From contig DASYYY010000022.1 in assembly GCA_035933635.1 (NCBI GenBank), positions 130,417 to 194,416 on the forward strand: DNA of 64,000 nucleotides. Reading direction: 5' to 3'. Below the pieces are notes generated by a model, which ran no database searches, was not told the DNA's origin, and saw only the letters and a list, made by a program, of their open reading frames with translations. The stretch comes from Thermoplasmata archaeon (lineage in GTDB: Archaea; Thermoplasmatota; Thermoplasmata; Lutacidiplasmatales; UBA184). Below are positions 18,930 to 27,078 of this stretch, one piece after another (the stretch's first letter is position 1; the number at the start of each line of letters is the position of its first letter). The translations under genes and the position numbers were made by a program.

Positions 18930-19898
18930 GTGCTGCGCCCCCTGTTCAGTTCGTTCGACCGGTCCGTTCGGTGTAGGGCGAGGATCGCGCGAGCGCCCTT
19001 TATCCGACGCCTTCCATCGCGGGCCGTGCCCCGAGCTCCGCCACCTCGCCCGTCGGCCGGGTTGCCCGAGCTCCGCCGCTCGGGGACGGTCACCGAGCTG
19101 CTGTTCCTCTACGAGTGTGTGACCGACCCGCCGGCCCGACTCCAGCCCATCGGGGAGCGGCTGGGCGTCACGGTCCAGGCCGCCAGCCAGGCGTACCGCC
19201 GGCTCCGAGCGAGCGGGCTGGTCGAGTTCCGCGACGGCCGCTACCGTGCGACGGTGACCGGGATCGACTGGCTCCACCGAGCGCTGGGAGGCTTCCGCGA
19301 CGACATCGAGGCGAGGCTCCGGCGGCTGCACGTGATCCGGAGCTCCCGGGCGGTCGCGCTCGGACCCCTCCGCAAGGGGGATCGGGTGGCGCTGGAGATG
19401 CAGGACGGCGTGCTCTCCGCCCGGCCCGGCCTTCGCGGGCGCTCGCTGGGTCGCGCCGCCGAGGACGCCGCGACCGGCGCACTGGTCGCGGTCGACCAGC
19501 TCGAGGGGATCGTTCCGATCCAGCGCGGTCGCATCCGCGTGCTCACGGTCGACCCGGGCCGGGTCGAGGAGGGCCCGCTCACCGCCGCGCTTCGGCGACA
19601 GCTCGACCACTCCGAACCCGGATTGCTCGCCGCGCAGGGGCTCGAGCCGTACCACCTCCTCCGTCGCGCCACCGACCGTCCCATCGCCCGCTTCGCGGTC
19701 GGCGCGACCGCCGCCGAGGCCGCCGAGCTCGGGGTCAGCTCGACGGTCGTGGTGCTGGCCGACGATCTGCCCCGGTTCCTCGAACAGTTCAGCGAACCGA
19801 ACCCCCCCGCGATCGACGTCCGTCCCCTCGGCGCCGGGCCGATGGCCCGTCGCTCAGGGGGTCGGAGCGGGTCGAGCGGCCGCGAGCGCGACCGTTAG
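18930..19898 (+). CDS. DtxR/MntR-family metal-dependent transcriptional regulator with SH3-like (FeoA) and extra C-terminal domain
   Basis: Winged-helix region TELLFLYECVTDPPARLQPIGERLGVTVQAASQAYRRLRASGLVEF...VTGIDWLHRAL matches the DtxR pattern, then a FeoA-like segment (ALGPLRKGDRVALEMQDGVLSAR). The first 44 codons are R/P-rich, so the true start may be the TTG near 19062. Confidence 0.6.
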   Translation: MLRPLFSSFDRSVRCRARIARAPFIRRLPSRAVPRAPPPRPSAGLPELRRSGTVTELLFLYECVTDPPARLQPIGERLGVTVQAASQAYRRLRASGLVEFRDGRYRATVTGIDWLHRALGGFRDDIEARLRRLHVIRSSRAVALGPLRKGDRVALEMQDGVLSARPGLRGRSLGRAAEDAATGALVAVDQLEGIVPIQRGRIRVLTVDPGRVEEGPLTAALRRQLDHSEPGLLAAQGLEPYHLLRRATDRPIARFAVGATAAEAAELGVSSTVVVLADDLPRFLEQFSEPNPPAIDVRPLGAGPMARRSGGRSGSSGRERDR

Positions 19899-21152
19899 AT
19901 CGTCCAAGGATACGATCCGCGCCCCCGCCCGGACGAGCGCCGCCCACTCCGAGCGCGCCGCACCGCCGGTGTAGTCACGGTCCGGTCCCGGAGGACCTCC
20001 GAGAAGGAACATCGGTGTGCGCCCGGCGAAGGGCCGCAAGTCCTCGAGGTTGACGAGGTTCGAGGGACCGACGGCGAACGGCGCCACGACGATGGCCTCG
20101 GCGAGGGTGAGAAGCCGGCGGTGCTCGGCGCGCGCGGCTTCGCCGACCGGCGCGAACGGAACTTCGGCCGCGAAGACGACCTCGAGCTCCTCGGCGACCT
20201 GCGCGTCGGAGTCCAACAGGTTCAGCGCACCCGCCGTCAGCCGGAAGCCGGACTCGGCGAGGCGGCGCAGGACCGGACCGGCCGCGCCACCCCCGCCGAC
20301 CACATGGACGGTCCCGGCGCGTTGCGAACCGGCGCTCCGTCGCCGGCTCGGCTCGGTGAGCATCGGAAGCAGGTAGGGCTGGCCGGTGGCGGGGTCCCGG
20401 CGGAGCTCGGCGGTGACGCCCCAGACCTCGCGCAGCAGCGATTCCGAGAGCACTTCGCGCGGCGGGCCATCATCGACGACCCGGCCCCGCGAAAGCACGG
20501 TCATCCGGTCCGCGAAACGGGCCGCGAGGTTCAGGTCGTGCATCGCCGCGATCACGGTCCCTCCCCGGTCCGCGACCAGCCGGCGGACCCGTGCCAACAG
20601 GTCGAGCTCGTGCCCAATGTCCAGGTAGGCCGTGGGCTCGTCGAGCAGGAGGACGGGCGCCTCCTGGACGAGCGCTCGAGCGAGTAGCGCCCGTTGCCGT
20701 TCGCCGCCGGAGAGCTCCAAGATCCCGGAGTCGGCCCGGTCGAGCAACCCGGCGTCGTCCAGGGCGGCCCGGGCCCGGCGCAGGTCCTGGGGACCCTCTA
20801 CCTCGAAGGGCTCCCAGTGGGCGTACCGCCCGAACAACACGTAATCGACGACGCGGAGATTGTCCCGGGGGAACTCCTCCTGCGGAACCCATGCGACACG
20901 CCGCGCGCGTTCGCGGGCGCCCATCTCCAGGCTCGGCCGGCCGAGCAGGCGGACCTGGCCCTCCGAGGGCCGCAAGAGTCCGAGCCCGGCCCGAAGCAGG
21001 GTGGTCTTGCCCGAACCGTTCGGTCCGGTGAGTGCGATGAACTCGCCGGATCGGGCCTCAAGGGAGACGTCGTGCAGCGCGACACGATCGCGGTAGCGCA
21101 CCGTCACGTGGTCGGCGTGGAACGTCGGTGCCGAGGGGATCGAGGCGCTCAT
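19854..21152 (-). CDS. ABC transporter ATP-binding protein (FecE/BtuD type) fused to about 170-aa C-terminal Rossmann-like domain
   Basis: 432 aa. Walker A GPNGSGKTT, signature LSGGERQR, Walker B LLLDEPT, H-loop. C-terminal extension with GxGxxG-like TVHVVGGGGAAGPVLRRL. Overlaps the convergent regulator by 45 nt. Confidence 0.88.
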   Translation of the reverse strand: MSASIPSAPTFHADHVTVRYRDRVALHDVSLEARSGEFIALTGPNGSGKTTLLRAGLGLLRPSEGQVRLLGRPSLEMGARERARRVAWVPQEEFPRDNLRVVDYVLFGRYAHWEPFEVEGPQDLRRARAALDDAGLLDRADSGILELSGGERQRALLARALVQEAPVLLLDEPTAYLDIGHELDLLARVRRLVADRGGTVIAAMHDLNLAARFADRMTVLSRGRVVDDGPPREVLSESLLREVWGVTAELRRDPATGQPYLLPMLTEPSRRRSAGSQRAGTVHVVGGGGAAGPVLRRLAESGFRLTAGALNLLDSDAQVAEELEVVFAAEVPFAPVGEAARAEHRRLLTLAEAIVVAPFAVGPSNLVNLEDLRPFAGRTPMFLLGGPPGPDRDYTGGAARSEWAALVRAGARIVSLDDLTVALAAARPAPTP

Positions 21153-22210
21153 ACGGCATCCCCCGCGCGTTGGAACCGGCGACGGTACAGCAGGTAGAGG
21201 AAGAACGGCGCGCCGGCGAACGACGTGAAGATCCCCACCGGCAGCACGCTCGCCGGGAACGCACCGACCGCGAGGTCGTTGGCGGCCAGGAGGAAGAAAC
21301 CTCCCACCAGCGCCGAGCCCGGCAGGACATACCGGTAGTCCGGCCCGATGAGCCGTCGGACGATGTGGGGGGAGACCAGTCCGACGAATCCGATGATCCC
21401 GGTGAAGGCGACGGCGGTGCCGGTGCCGAGGGAGGAGTACAGCAGGAGCCGGCGGCGCACCTTCTCGGACTCGACCCCCAGGCTGTGGGCTACGTCGGAA
21501 CCGAGCTGGAGGAGGTTGAGCTCGCGGGCGTAGAGTGAGAGCCCGACCCCGGCGATTAGCGCTCCGCCGAAGGCGATACCATCGCGGTTCCAGGTTGCCC
21601 CGCCGAGACCCCCGAGAAGCCAGAACGATACCTGGAGGCTACCCGTCGGGTTGTACAGGAGGAGGATCGAGAGGACCGCCGAAAGCATGCTCGCCAACGC
21701 CACGCCCGTCAAGAGCAGGGTCTCGACCGAGCTGCCGAGGACGCGGGCGGCGACCAGGATGGCTCCCCCGGTGAGCACCGCGCCGACGAACGCGAACAGC
21801 GGCAGGAACAAGTTGGCGTCGGCCAGCCCGACCTGGAAGACGAACAGTACCGCTGCGCCGAGAGTACCCCCGGCCGAAAGTCCGAGGAGGTACGGGTCGG
21901 CGAGTGGGTTGCGGAAGGTCCCTTGCAGGGTTCCCCCGGAGATCCCGAGGGCCGCACCGGCGATCAGTGCGAGGAGGATTGCCGGAAGCCGGCTGTCCCA
22001 GATGATCTCCACCCATGCGTTGCACAGGCGTGGCGAGGCGCTCGTTCCGGAACAGGGGTCCGGATACAGTACTCCACCCGTGAGCTGGTGCAGCAGGATC
22101 TGGAAGACCGCGTCCGCCGGGATCGGGACATTGCCGACCAGCGGGGACGTCACAAGGAGCCCGAGGGCCGCGCCCCCGAGCGCCAAGGCGCCGACCCGAC
22201 GCTGATTCAC
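21149..22210 (-). CDS. FecCD/BtuC-family ABC permease (iron-siderophore/cobalamin/heme type)
   Basis: 353 aa, about 9 predicted TM segments, FecCD family signatures. ATGA overlap with the ATPase gene. Confidence 0.88.
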   Translation of the reverse strand: MNQRRVGALALGGAALGLLVTSPLVGNVPIPADAVFQILLHQLTGGVLYPDPCSGTSASPRLCNAWVEIIWDSRLPAILLALIAGAALGISGGTLQGTFRNPLADPYLLGLSAGGTLGAAVLFVFQVGLADANLFLPLFAFVGAVLTGGAILVAARVLGSSVETLLLTGVALASMLSAVLSILLLYNPTGSLQVSFWLLGGLGGATWNRDGIAFGGALIAGVGLSLYARELNLLQLGSDVAHSLGVESEKVRRRLLLYSSLGTGTAVAFTGIIGFVGLVSPHIVRRLIGPDYRYVLPGSALVGGFFLLAANDLAVGAFPASVLPVGIFTSFAGAPFFLYLLYRRRFQRAGDAV

Positions 22211-22270
22211 GGGCGCTGCCCGAGGGTTGGGTCCTCCACGGGTCCCTCGAGCACGGCGCGCTGCCGAGTC

Positions 22271-23296
22271 CTACTTCGGACCCGGGTGCAGAATGGCGAG
22301 CAGGGTCGGAACGGTCACCAGGATCATGGTCGGACCCGGCTCGGTCAGGAGTTCGGATGCGATCGGGTAGAGGTGACCGGAGGAGACCGCACCGAACTGC
22401 GCCCAGTTCGGGCCCTGAGAGTACACCGTCAGATTCACCCCGAAGCCTGTGGCGTAGACGATCGCAGAGGGATCGGCCACGAGCACCTGCGAGCCGCTGA
22501 CCTCCGGATAGGCAAGGGTGGCGTTCGCCGCGACGCTCACCGCCGAGACCAGCTCGACGAGGGATTGGCCGAAGGTGCCCGGACCGTAGGTCCAGAAACC
22601 GAGGTTGTCCGCGTAGTAGGTGAGGAGCACAGAGGGGAAGGGGGTGCCGTTCGCCGAAAGGTTCGCCTGCAGCGCGGCCGCCCGACCGAGGACGGACTGA
22701 AGCTGGCCGACGAGCGTCGACGCCGCCGTCGCGACATGGAAGATCTGGGCGAGGAGCTGGATGTCGACGACGATCCCGCCGAGGGTGGACGGTTGGAGGA
22801 TCAGCACGGGGATGTGGTAGGTCGTGCTGATCTCCTCAACGGTGCTCGCGCTGACGATCGTTGAGGTCAGCACCAGGTCGGGGCTCGCGTTGAGCAACTG
22901 TTCGACGCTGAAACTCGGACCGGTCTGAACGCAGAGGTTGGACGAGAGGCTCCAGTTATGGATCTGGGCGGGGCTGTAGTCGGCCGAGAGCCCGCCCAGC
23001 GCCTGGGCGTAACAGTCCACTCCGACGATTCGCTCGCGGAGCCCCAAGCGGACCATCGAGTCGGTGATGCTGGGCGAAAGTACGACGACCCGAGAGGGAT
23101 CCGCCGGGACATTGACCGTGCGACCGGTGTCGTCGGTGACGGCGACCGTCCCGGGCGGAGCCGGGGTTGGACGGAGCTCGAAGTAGGCGGCGGTCGCGGC
23201 GACGGAGATCCCGGCGGCCACGAGGAGGGAGACGACCAGGACCGTGCGGGTCACTCCGGCGGGTCGGCGATCCGCGGATTCCGGATTCAAGCTCAT
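22271..23296 (-). CDS. ABC transporter substrate-binding protein (cluster A, BtuF/FhuD-like) with N-terminal membrane anchor/signal
   Basis: 341 aa. N-terminal hydrophobic segment VLVVSLLVAAGISVAATAAY, periplasmic binding protein fold (VVLSPSITDSMVRLGL). First gene of a binding protein-permease-ATPase operon. TATA-like TTTAATTTAA about 25 nt upstream. Confidence 0.85.
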   Translation of the reverse strand: MSLNPESADRRPAGVTRTVLVVSLLVAAGISVAATAAYFELRPTPAPPGTVAVTDDTGRTVNVPADPSRVVVLSPSITDSMVRLGLRERIVGVDCYAQALGGLSADYSPAQIHNWSLSSNLCVQTGPSFSVEQLLNASPDLVLTSTIVSASTVEEISTTYHIPVLILQPSTLGGIVVDIQLLAQIFHVATAASTLVGQLQSVLGRAAALQANLSANGTPFPSVLLTYYADNLGFWTYGPGTFGQSLVELVSAVSVAANATLAYPEVSGSQVLVADPSAIVYATGFGVNLTVYSQGPNWAQFGAVSSGHLYPIASELLTEPGPTMILVTVPTLLAILHPGPK

Positions 23297-23317
23297 TGGA
23301 TTTTCTTCAATCCACCT

Positions 23318-23326
23318 TTAATTTAA
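23318..23326 (-). promoter_or_regulatory. TATA-like box for the ABC uptake operon (leaderless start at 23296)
   Basis: AT-rich TTTAATTTAA in otherwise 68% GC DNA, 22-30 nt upstream of the start codon. Confidence 0.4.
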
Positions 23327-23375
23327 GGGTTCCTGCGTAGGCGCCTCCCGCGGGCCGCCGGTCCCGCCCGCAACA

Positions 23376-23385
23376 AAGGATATCT
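23376..23385 (+). promoter_or_regulatory. TATA-like box for tRNA-Trp
   Basis: AAAGGATATC, 26-35 nt upstream of tRNA position 1. Confidence 0.4.
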
Positions 23386-23410
23386 CTCCGGGCCCCTCGG
23401 CCGCGAGGGA

Positions 23411-23570
23411 GGGAGCATAGGCTAACTTGGCAGACCAGCGGGCTCCAGTCAGTGTCCCGGGTCGGGCCACTGTGGATTGGGTCTGCGGAGAGGCGCACGC
23501 CGCCTCGATGACGAGTGACTGGAGCGCGCGGAGAGACCCGCATATGGGGGTTCAAATCCCCCTGCTCCCA
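23411..23570 (+). tRNA. tRNA-Trp (anticodon CCA) interrupted by an 87-nt intron after position 37
   Basis: Hand-folded cloverleaf. Acceptor GGGAGCA/TGCTCCC (7 of 7 pairs), D arm GGCT..GACC, anticodon stem GCGGG/CCCGC with loop CTCCAG^A, T arm GGGGG-TTCAAAT-CCCCC, discriminator A. Intron 23449..23535. T-stretch follows immediately. Confidence 0.8.
23449..23535 (+). other. tRNA-Trp intron (87 nt, between positions 37 and 38), possibly harbouring a box C/D-like guide RNA
   Basis: Inferred from the cloverleaf. Contains GATGACGAGTGAC, weakly resembling C/D' boxes. BHB splice motif not verified. Confidence 0.55.
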
Positions 23571-23580
23571 TTTTCCTCTC
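23571..23580 (+). terminator. T-rich stretch after tRNA-Trp (archaeal oligo-T terminator)
   Basis: TTTTCCTCTC directly after the discriminator base. Confidence 0.4.
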
Positions 23581-23639
23581 CGCCAACCCGCTTGCCAGAG
23601 ATCGAGGATCCGAGAGGCCGCGATAATCGAGTCTGGTTT

Positions 23640-23658
23640 GGCCCGATGTAATCGGGCC
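23640..23658. other. perfect 8-bp hairpin (GGCCCGAT-GTA-ATCGGGCC)
   Basis: Exact inverted repeat downstream of tRNA-Trp and upstream of a small membrane ORF. Function unknown. Confidence 0.3.
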
Positions 23659-23734
23659 AGAGTCGGGTCCGACTTGGGCTCGAGTAGACCGTTCCGCGTT
23701 CCTCTTGAGCCGTGGTCAACTGGCGGGGGCCACG

Positions 23735-23986
23735 ATGGGTCCGGAGTTCGTCATCCCGCCGGAAAGGCTTCGTAGGGTCCGCCTCGTGATGGTCGCCGCT
23801 GCCGCCGTGCTTTTCGGCCTTGGTGGTTATGTCGTCGTAACCACCGCGTTCTGGTACCCCAACCGCTGGGCGACGAACGCGGTGCTGGCGGGGGTGACGG
23901 TGGCTTTGGGTGTCTGGGCGTTGGTCTCGCCAGCCGTCTGGCCTCGTCTGATACGGGCTGGTCGACCGCCTCAACGGCGCCAGTAG
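23735..23986 (+). CDS. small two-TM membrane protein (hypothetical)
   Basis: 83 aa from an internal Met of ORF 23705..23986. Two hydrophobic helices (VRLVMVAAAAVLFGLGGYVVV; AVLAGVTVALGVWALV). The opposite-strand ORFs here are R-rich junk. Confidence 0.35.
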   Translation: MGPEFVIPPERLRRVRLVMVAAAAVLFGLGGYVVVTTAFWYPNRWATNAVLAGVTVALGVWALVSPAVWPRLIRAGRPPQRRQ

Positions 23987-24121
23987 AAACTCGCGCGTGC
24001 GTGGTTGGCTCCCCTTGCTCCCACCTGCCTCTCCACGAGATTTGCCGGATTCGATCGTCGACGTTAGGATCTCTGCAGTGCGGGGGAAAGGGTTCGCGCG
24101 CCGAACCGGGCCGACCCCGGC

Positions 24122-24862
24122 CTACGACTTGCACTCGTTTTCGCCTTGGGTGCCGCTGTACGACCCCGTGTAGTTCGACCCGCCGCCGCCCGTCGCTCCG
24201 GACGTCAGATACGCCTTGAAGTTCTCGGGAGTGCCGGCGTGGTCGCTGTTTTGGTAGCTGCTCAGCTTGTTGTCGTCTACGGGCTTGACACCGATCGCGG
24301 CGTTCGAGTGCGTGAACTTCGTATACACGGCCGCCGCCCACTTCCAATTGAACGTGAGGCACTTGGAGGGCAGGAGGTGGACATCGCCGGATAGGTCTCC
24401 CGACCAGGTCACCTTCGAGCTGCCCGGAAGCCCCCCGGTCGGCACGTAGAAGGCGAACCCTGAGACGAAGACATCCCCCTTGTAACTCGCGGGCACGGTC
24501 GTCTTCCAGGTGAACGTCGTGGAGTCCCAGACGGTCGCGGCCGACGTAGCGGTCGTACTGAAATTGACCATCCCGCGCGGCACGTTCTTCGTGAACGTCG
24601 TACCGTTCGGCTCGGCAAAGGTCAGGGTCTGATTGGAGAACCAGACATGGGTCGTCGCGGTGGGCGAGGTGCCGACCCACTGGAGCACGCTCGCGAACCA
24701 GATCACGTCGCCGGCTGGGATGGTGGATGCGTTGAAGTTGGCCGTGATCGTTGTTTGGGCGGTCACTTCAGCACCGGCGAGGGGCACCAACAGGGCGCTC
24801 GCCAAGAGCAACGTGATCGCCGCAATCGCACCCGCAACCAGAGGGACTCTTTTCGCGTTCAT
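24122..24862 (-). CDS. secreted/membrane-anchored Thr/Ser-rich glycoprotein (hypothetical)
   Basis: Signal/anchor MNAKRVPLVAGAIAAITLLLASALLVPLAGA. Many N-x-S/T sequons, C-terminal Cys pair. TATA-like GTATTAAGTAA 28-38 nt upstream on the coding strand, so the start is the second Met, at 24862. Confidence 0.7.
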   Translation of the reverse strand: MNAKRVPLVAGAIAAITLLLASALLVPLAGAEVTAQTTITANFNASTIPAGDVIWFASVLQWVGTSPTATTHVWFSNQTLTFAEPNGTTFTKNVPRGMVNFSTTATSAATVWDSTTFTWKTTVPASYKGDVFVSGFAFYVPTGGLPGSSKVTWSGDLSGDVHLLPSKCLTFNWKWAAAVYTKFTHSNAAIGVKPVDDNKLSSYQNSDHAGTPENFKAYLTSGATGGGGSNYTGSYSGTQGENECKS

Positions 24863-25083
24863 GGGACCCGGCAGTCGTTGCACCGGCTGGAGTTACTTAA
24901 TACGCACTCATGCAGGGGTCACCGGCTGGAAAGTTCGGGGCGGATTCTCGGGCTCGCGTCACCAGGTCGGTGGGACCTCGGGATGTCGGGCCATCCGCCC
25001 CTGGCCCAACGGAACATTTCCCGACACGACTCGAAGACCGTGAGTCGAGTCCCCGAGGGTCGCACGTAGTCGAATCGGAGCAA

Positions 25084-25569
25084 CTAGGTGACCCAGATCC
25101 CGCCCGTGAATTCGTAGTCGCCTCCGATCGTGGGGACCTGAAGGAGCATCGAGACATTGACGACGCCTCCCCCGGGCAGGAGGTATGGCGGAGCCGGGAG
25201 GGCCCCTACCAGCCTCAGGGGGGGATCGACCGTCAGCCGAAGGAGAGTGTGGTTGACCGTGTCGGTGTTGGCAAACCGGACCCACCAGCTGAACGATCCC
25301 CCGGGGGGGAGGTTGATCGGCTCACAGGTGCAGTCGGCCTGGCTGAGGTAGTTGGTGTCGTTCCGGGCGTCGCCGATGTAGGTTGGGGTCAACTCGAAAT
25401 CGACCACCGAAACCGTCGAACCCGACGCCCAACCGGTCGATGGCGGGGGAACCGGGTTCGCGACATAGCTCGCGAGCACGGCCACGATAACGAGCGCCGC
25501 GCCGCAAGCACCTCCGACGGCGAGCAAGAGCCGCTTCCCACCGAGTCCTCGGCCCGGATGGAATCGCAT
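25084..25569 (-). CDS. small secreted/membrane protein, downstream partner of the pilin-like gene
   Basis: 161 aa. N-terminal hydrophobic segment LLLAVGGACGAALVIVAVLASYV. Starts 3 nt after the upstream gene stop (operon). Confidence 0.65.
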   Translation of the reverse strand: MRFHPGRGLGGKRLLLAVGGACGAALVIVAVLASYVANPVPPPSTGWASGSTVSVVDFELTPTYIGDARNDTNYLSQADCTCEPINLPPGGSFSWWVRFANTDTVNHTLLRLTVDPPLRLVGALPAPPYLLPGGGVVNVSMLLQVPTIGGDYEFTGGIWVT

Positions 25570-25572
25570 CGG

Positions 25573-26451
25573 CTACGTGGCCCCGGGGGAGAGCAGACCC
25601 ACCATCGACACTCGAAGGGCGAGCGCATCGGGCGGACCCAGGTACGCGACGGTTACCCCGCAGGCGCCGGCGACCAAGTAACAAGCGGGGTCCGGCACCC
25701 CGTGGTAATCATCGTCACATCCATTCAGGCCGTAAGAGCCGTTCGTGGCCGGGTTCGCGTTCGCGGCGTAGGAGGGTACCGGACAGGTTGATGGGAAAAG
25801 CTTCGAGTTGGATTGCACCGCGGAGTTCTGCCCGGCGTCGATCCAACACACGTCCAGCGTGGACGGAGCGAACCGGCAGGAAGGCGGTGTGAATCCTTCC
25901 GCGAAGATGACGAACCGATCCCCGGCTTGTAGACCGGTGGCACCCGGATCGATCGCTTGGAAGAACATGAATCGATTGAATGCGGCCCTCGGGGGCACAT
26001 AGCTCCCGCACGTACCGAGGGAGGGCACACCGCTCCCCGGCCCACCCCCGATCGTGCCGGTGCTGCCGGGGTTCCACTCCATCGCCGCCAGGGTCCCGGA
26101 AAGGTAGGTCGACCCGTCGCACGAGAAGTAGAGCTGTAACGACGACAGAGCGAGGTACGACGGCTGGAAGCTGGTCACGACGATCTCGATCGCCGTCAGC
26201 CCGTCACAGACCTGGGTGGCGTTGGCTCCCGAGCCCACGTTATGGCAGTCGGAGCCGTCGGCGTATGCCTCCGAAGGGACGGGGCTCTCCGTCTCGTACC
26301 ATATCTGAACCGGGGTCGACGGGAACTGGACGCGAAAGCCCCACAGGACCGTCCCCGCGACGATCGTCAACCCGACGAGGAGGATCCCCCCGATGATGGG
26401 GGACACCCCGCGCGTGGCGGGGCGGCGGAGACGTCGCACGCGCGCGACCAT
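25573..26451 (-). CDS. archaeal type IV pilin-like protein (class III signal peptide, Pilin_N-like)
   Basis: N-terminus MVARVRRLRRPATRGVSPIIGGILLVGLTIVAGTVLW fits the PibD/FlaK-processed RG-x-SP-[VI]IG motif plus hydrophobic helix. Cys-rich, sequon-rich globular part. TATA (TTTATAC) 27-33 nt upstream of the ATG at 26451. Confidence 0.7.
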   Translation of the reverse strand: MVARVRRLRRPATRGVSPIIGGILLVGLTIVAGTVLWGFRVQFPSTPVQIWYETESPVPSEAYADGSDCHNVGSGANATQVCDGLTAIEIVVTSFQPSYLALSSLQLYFSCDGSTYLSGTLAAMEWNPGSTGTIGGGPGSGVPSLGTCGSYVPPRAAFNRFMFFQAIDPGATGLQAGDRFVIFAEGFTPPSCRFAPSTLDVCWIDAGQNSAVQSNSKLFPSTCPVPSYAANANPATNGSYGLNGCDDDYHGVPDPACYLVAGACGVTVAYLGPPDALALRVSMVGLLSPGAT

Positions 26452-26477
26452 CGGCGATAAATGGGGGCTGATGCGCA

Positions 26478-26484
26478 TTTATAC
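26478..26484 (-). promoter_or_regulatory. TATA box (TTTATAC/GTATAAA) for the pilin-like operon
   Basis: Only AT-rich heptamer in the region, correctly spaced for a leaderless start at 26451. Confidence 0.45.
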
Positions 26485-26625
26485 TTACTCCACGACCGTC
26501 CGGCGAAAAGGGTCGGAACGGGGCACCTCCGCCCGGCGGTGGCGCACCGGCCACGGCCGCCGCCCGTTCGGCCGCCCGTGGACCCTTCTATGCAGCCAGT
26601 AACGGGCAACTTCTTGCGGGGGGGT

Positions 26626-26644
26626 TGTTGGGGGCTCCCCAACA
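26626..26644. other. strong GC hairpin (TGTTGGGG-GCT-CCCCAACA) in the 620-bp noncoding region
   Basis: 8-bp perfect stem with 3-nt loop. Lies between the decarboxylase (27079, minus) and the pilin-like gene. Possible terminator for the decarboxylase transcript. Confidence 0.3.
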
Positions 26645-27078
26645 GGGGGAACGAATCTGCCCGAGTGCGTAGAAGCGCATCGATTTGCCACCGGAGCGGA
26701 CCCGCCCGAAAGGCTCCACGCCATGCCCTGTGAGGGTGCGGTCGCTCGCCGAGGGGTGCGATCCGATACCGGAGAGGTTCGATTCTTCAATCTGTGCCGG
26801 CGTCACGCCGATATCTTCTGGGTGATGGGGTACATACCTGCGCCCGCCGCCCCCTAGGGCGTCGCGCGACGCCCTCGGAGTGGGGGGTCGCACGAGATTC
26901 CCACCGCGTCGCCCCGACAAGCGCCAACGAGGACGCCAACCCCTTCCCCGGTCCGGATTGCGCAGGGGGCCGTCGGCGCACCCCATATGGCGGGGCCCGC
27001 CGAGACAGGGGGGTGCTCAAGCCCGCGCGCCGACGGATGAACGTCCGCTACGACCCGCGTCCTCCGGCCCGTCGAGAC

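Noticed and set aside
23449-23535. Box C/D sRNA inside the tRNA-Trp intron
   Set aside because: Only partial matches (GATGACGA, GTGAC) and no clean C (RUGAUGA)/D (CUGA) pairs at the ends. Reported as a possibility, not a feature call.
24883-24885. Upstream Met codons as starts for the secreted proteins (for example 24883, 26478)
   Set aside because: These ATGs overlap the TATA-like boxes themselves. The downstream Met at 24862/26451 is correctly spaced for leaderless initiation. The QQ paralog at 57915..58967 was kept at its first Met because its TATA motif sits about 27 nt upstream of it.
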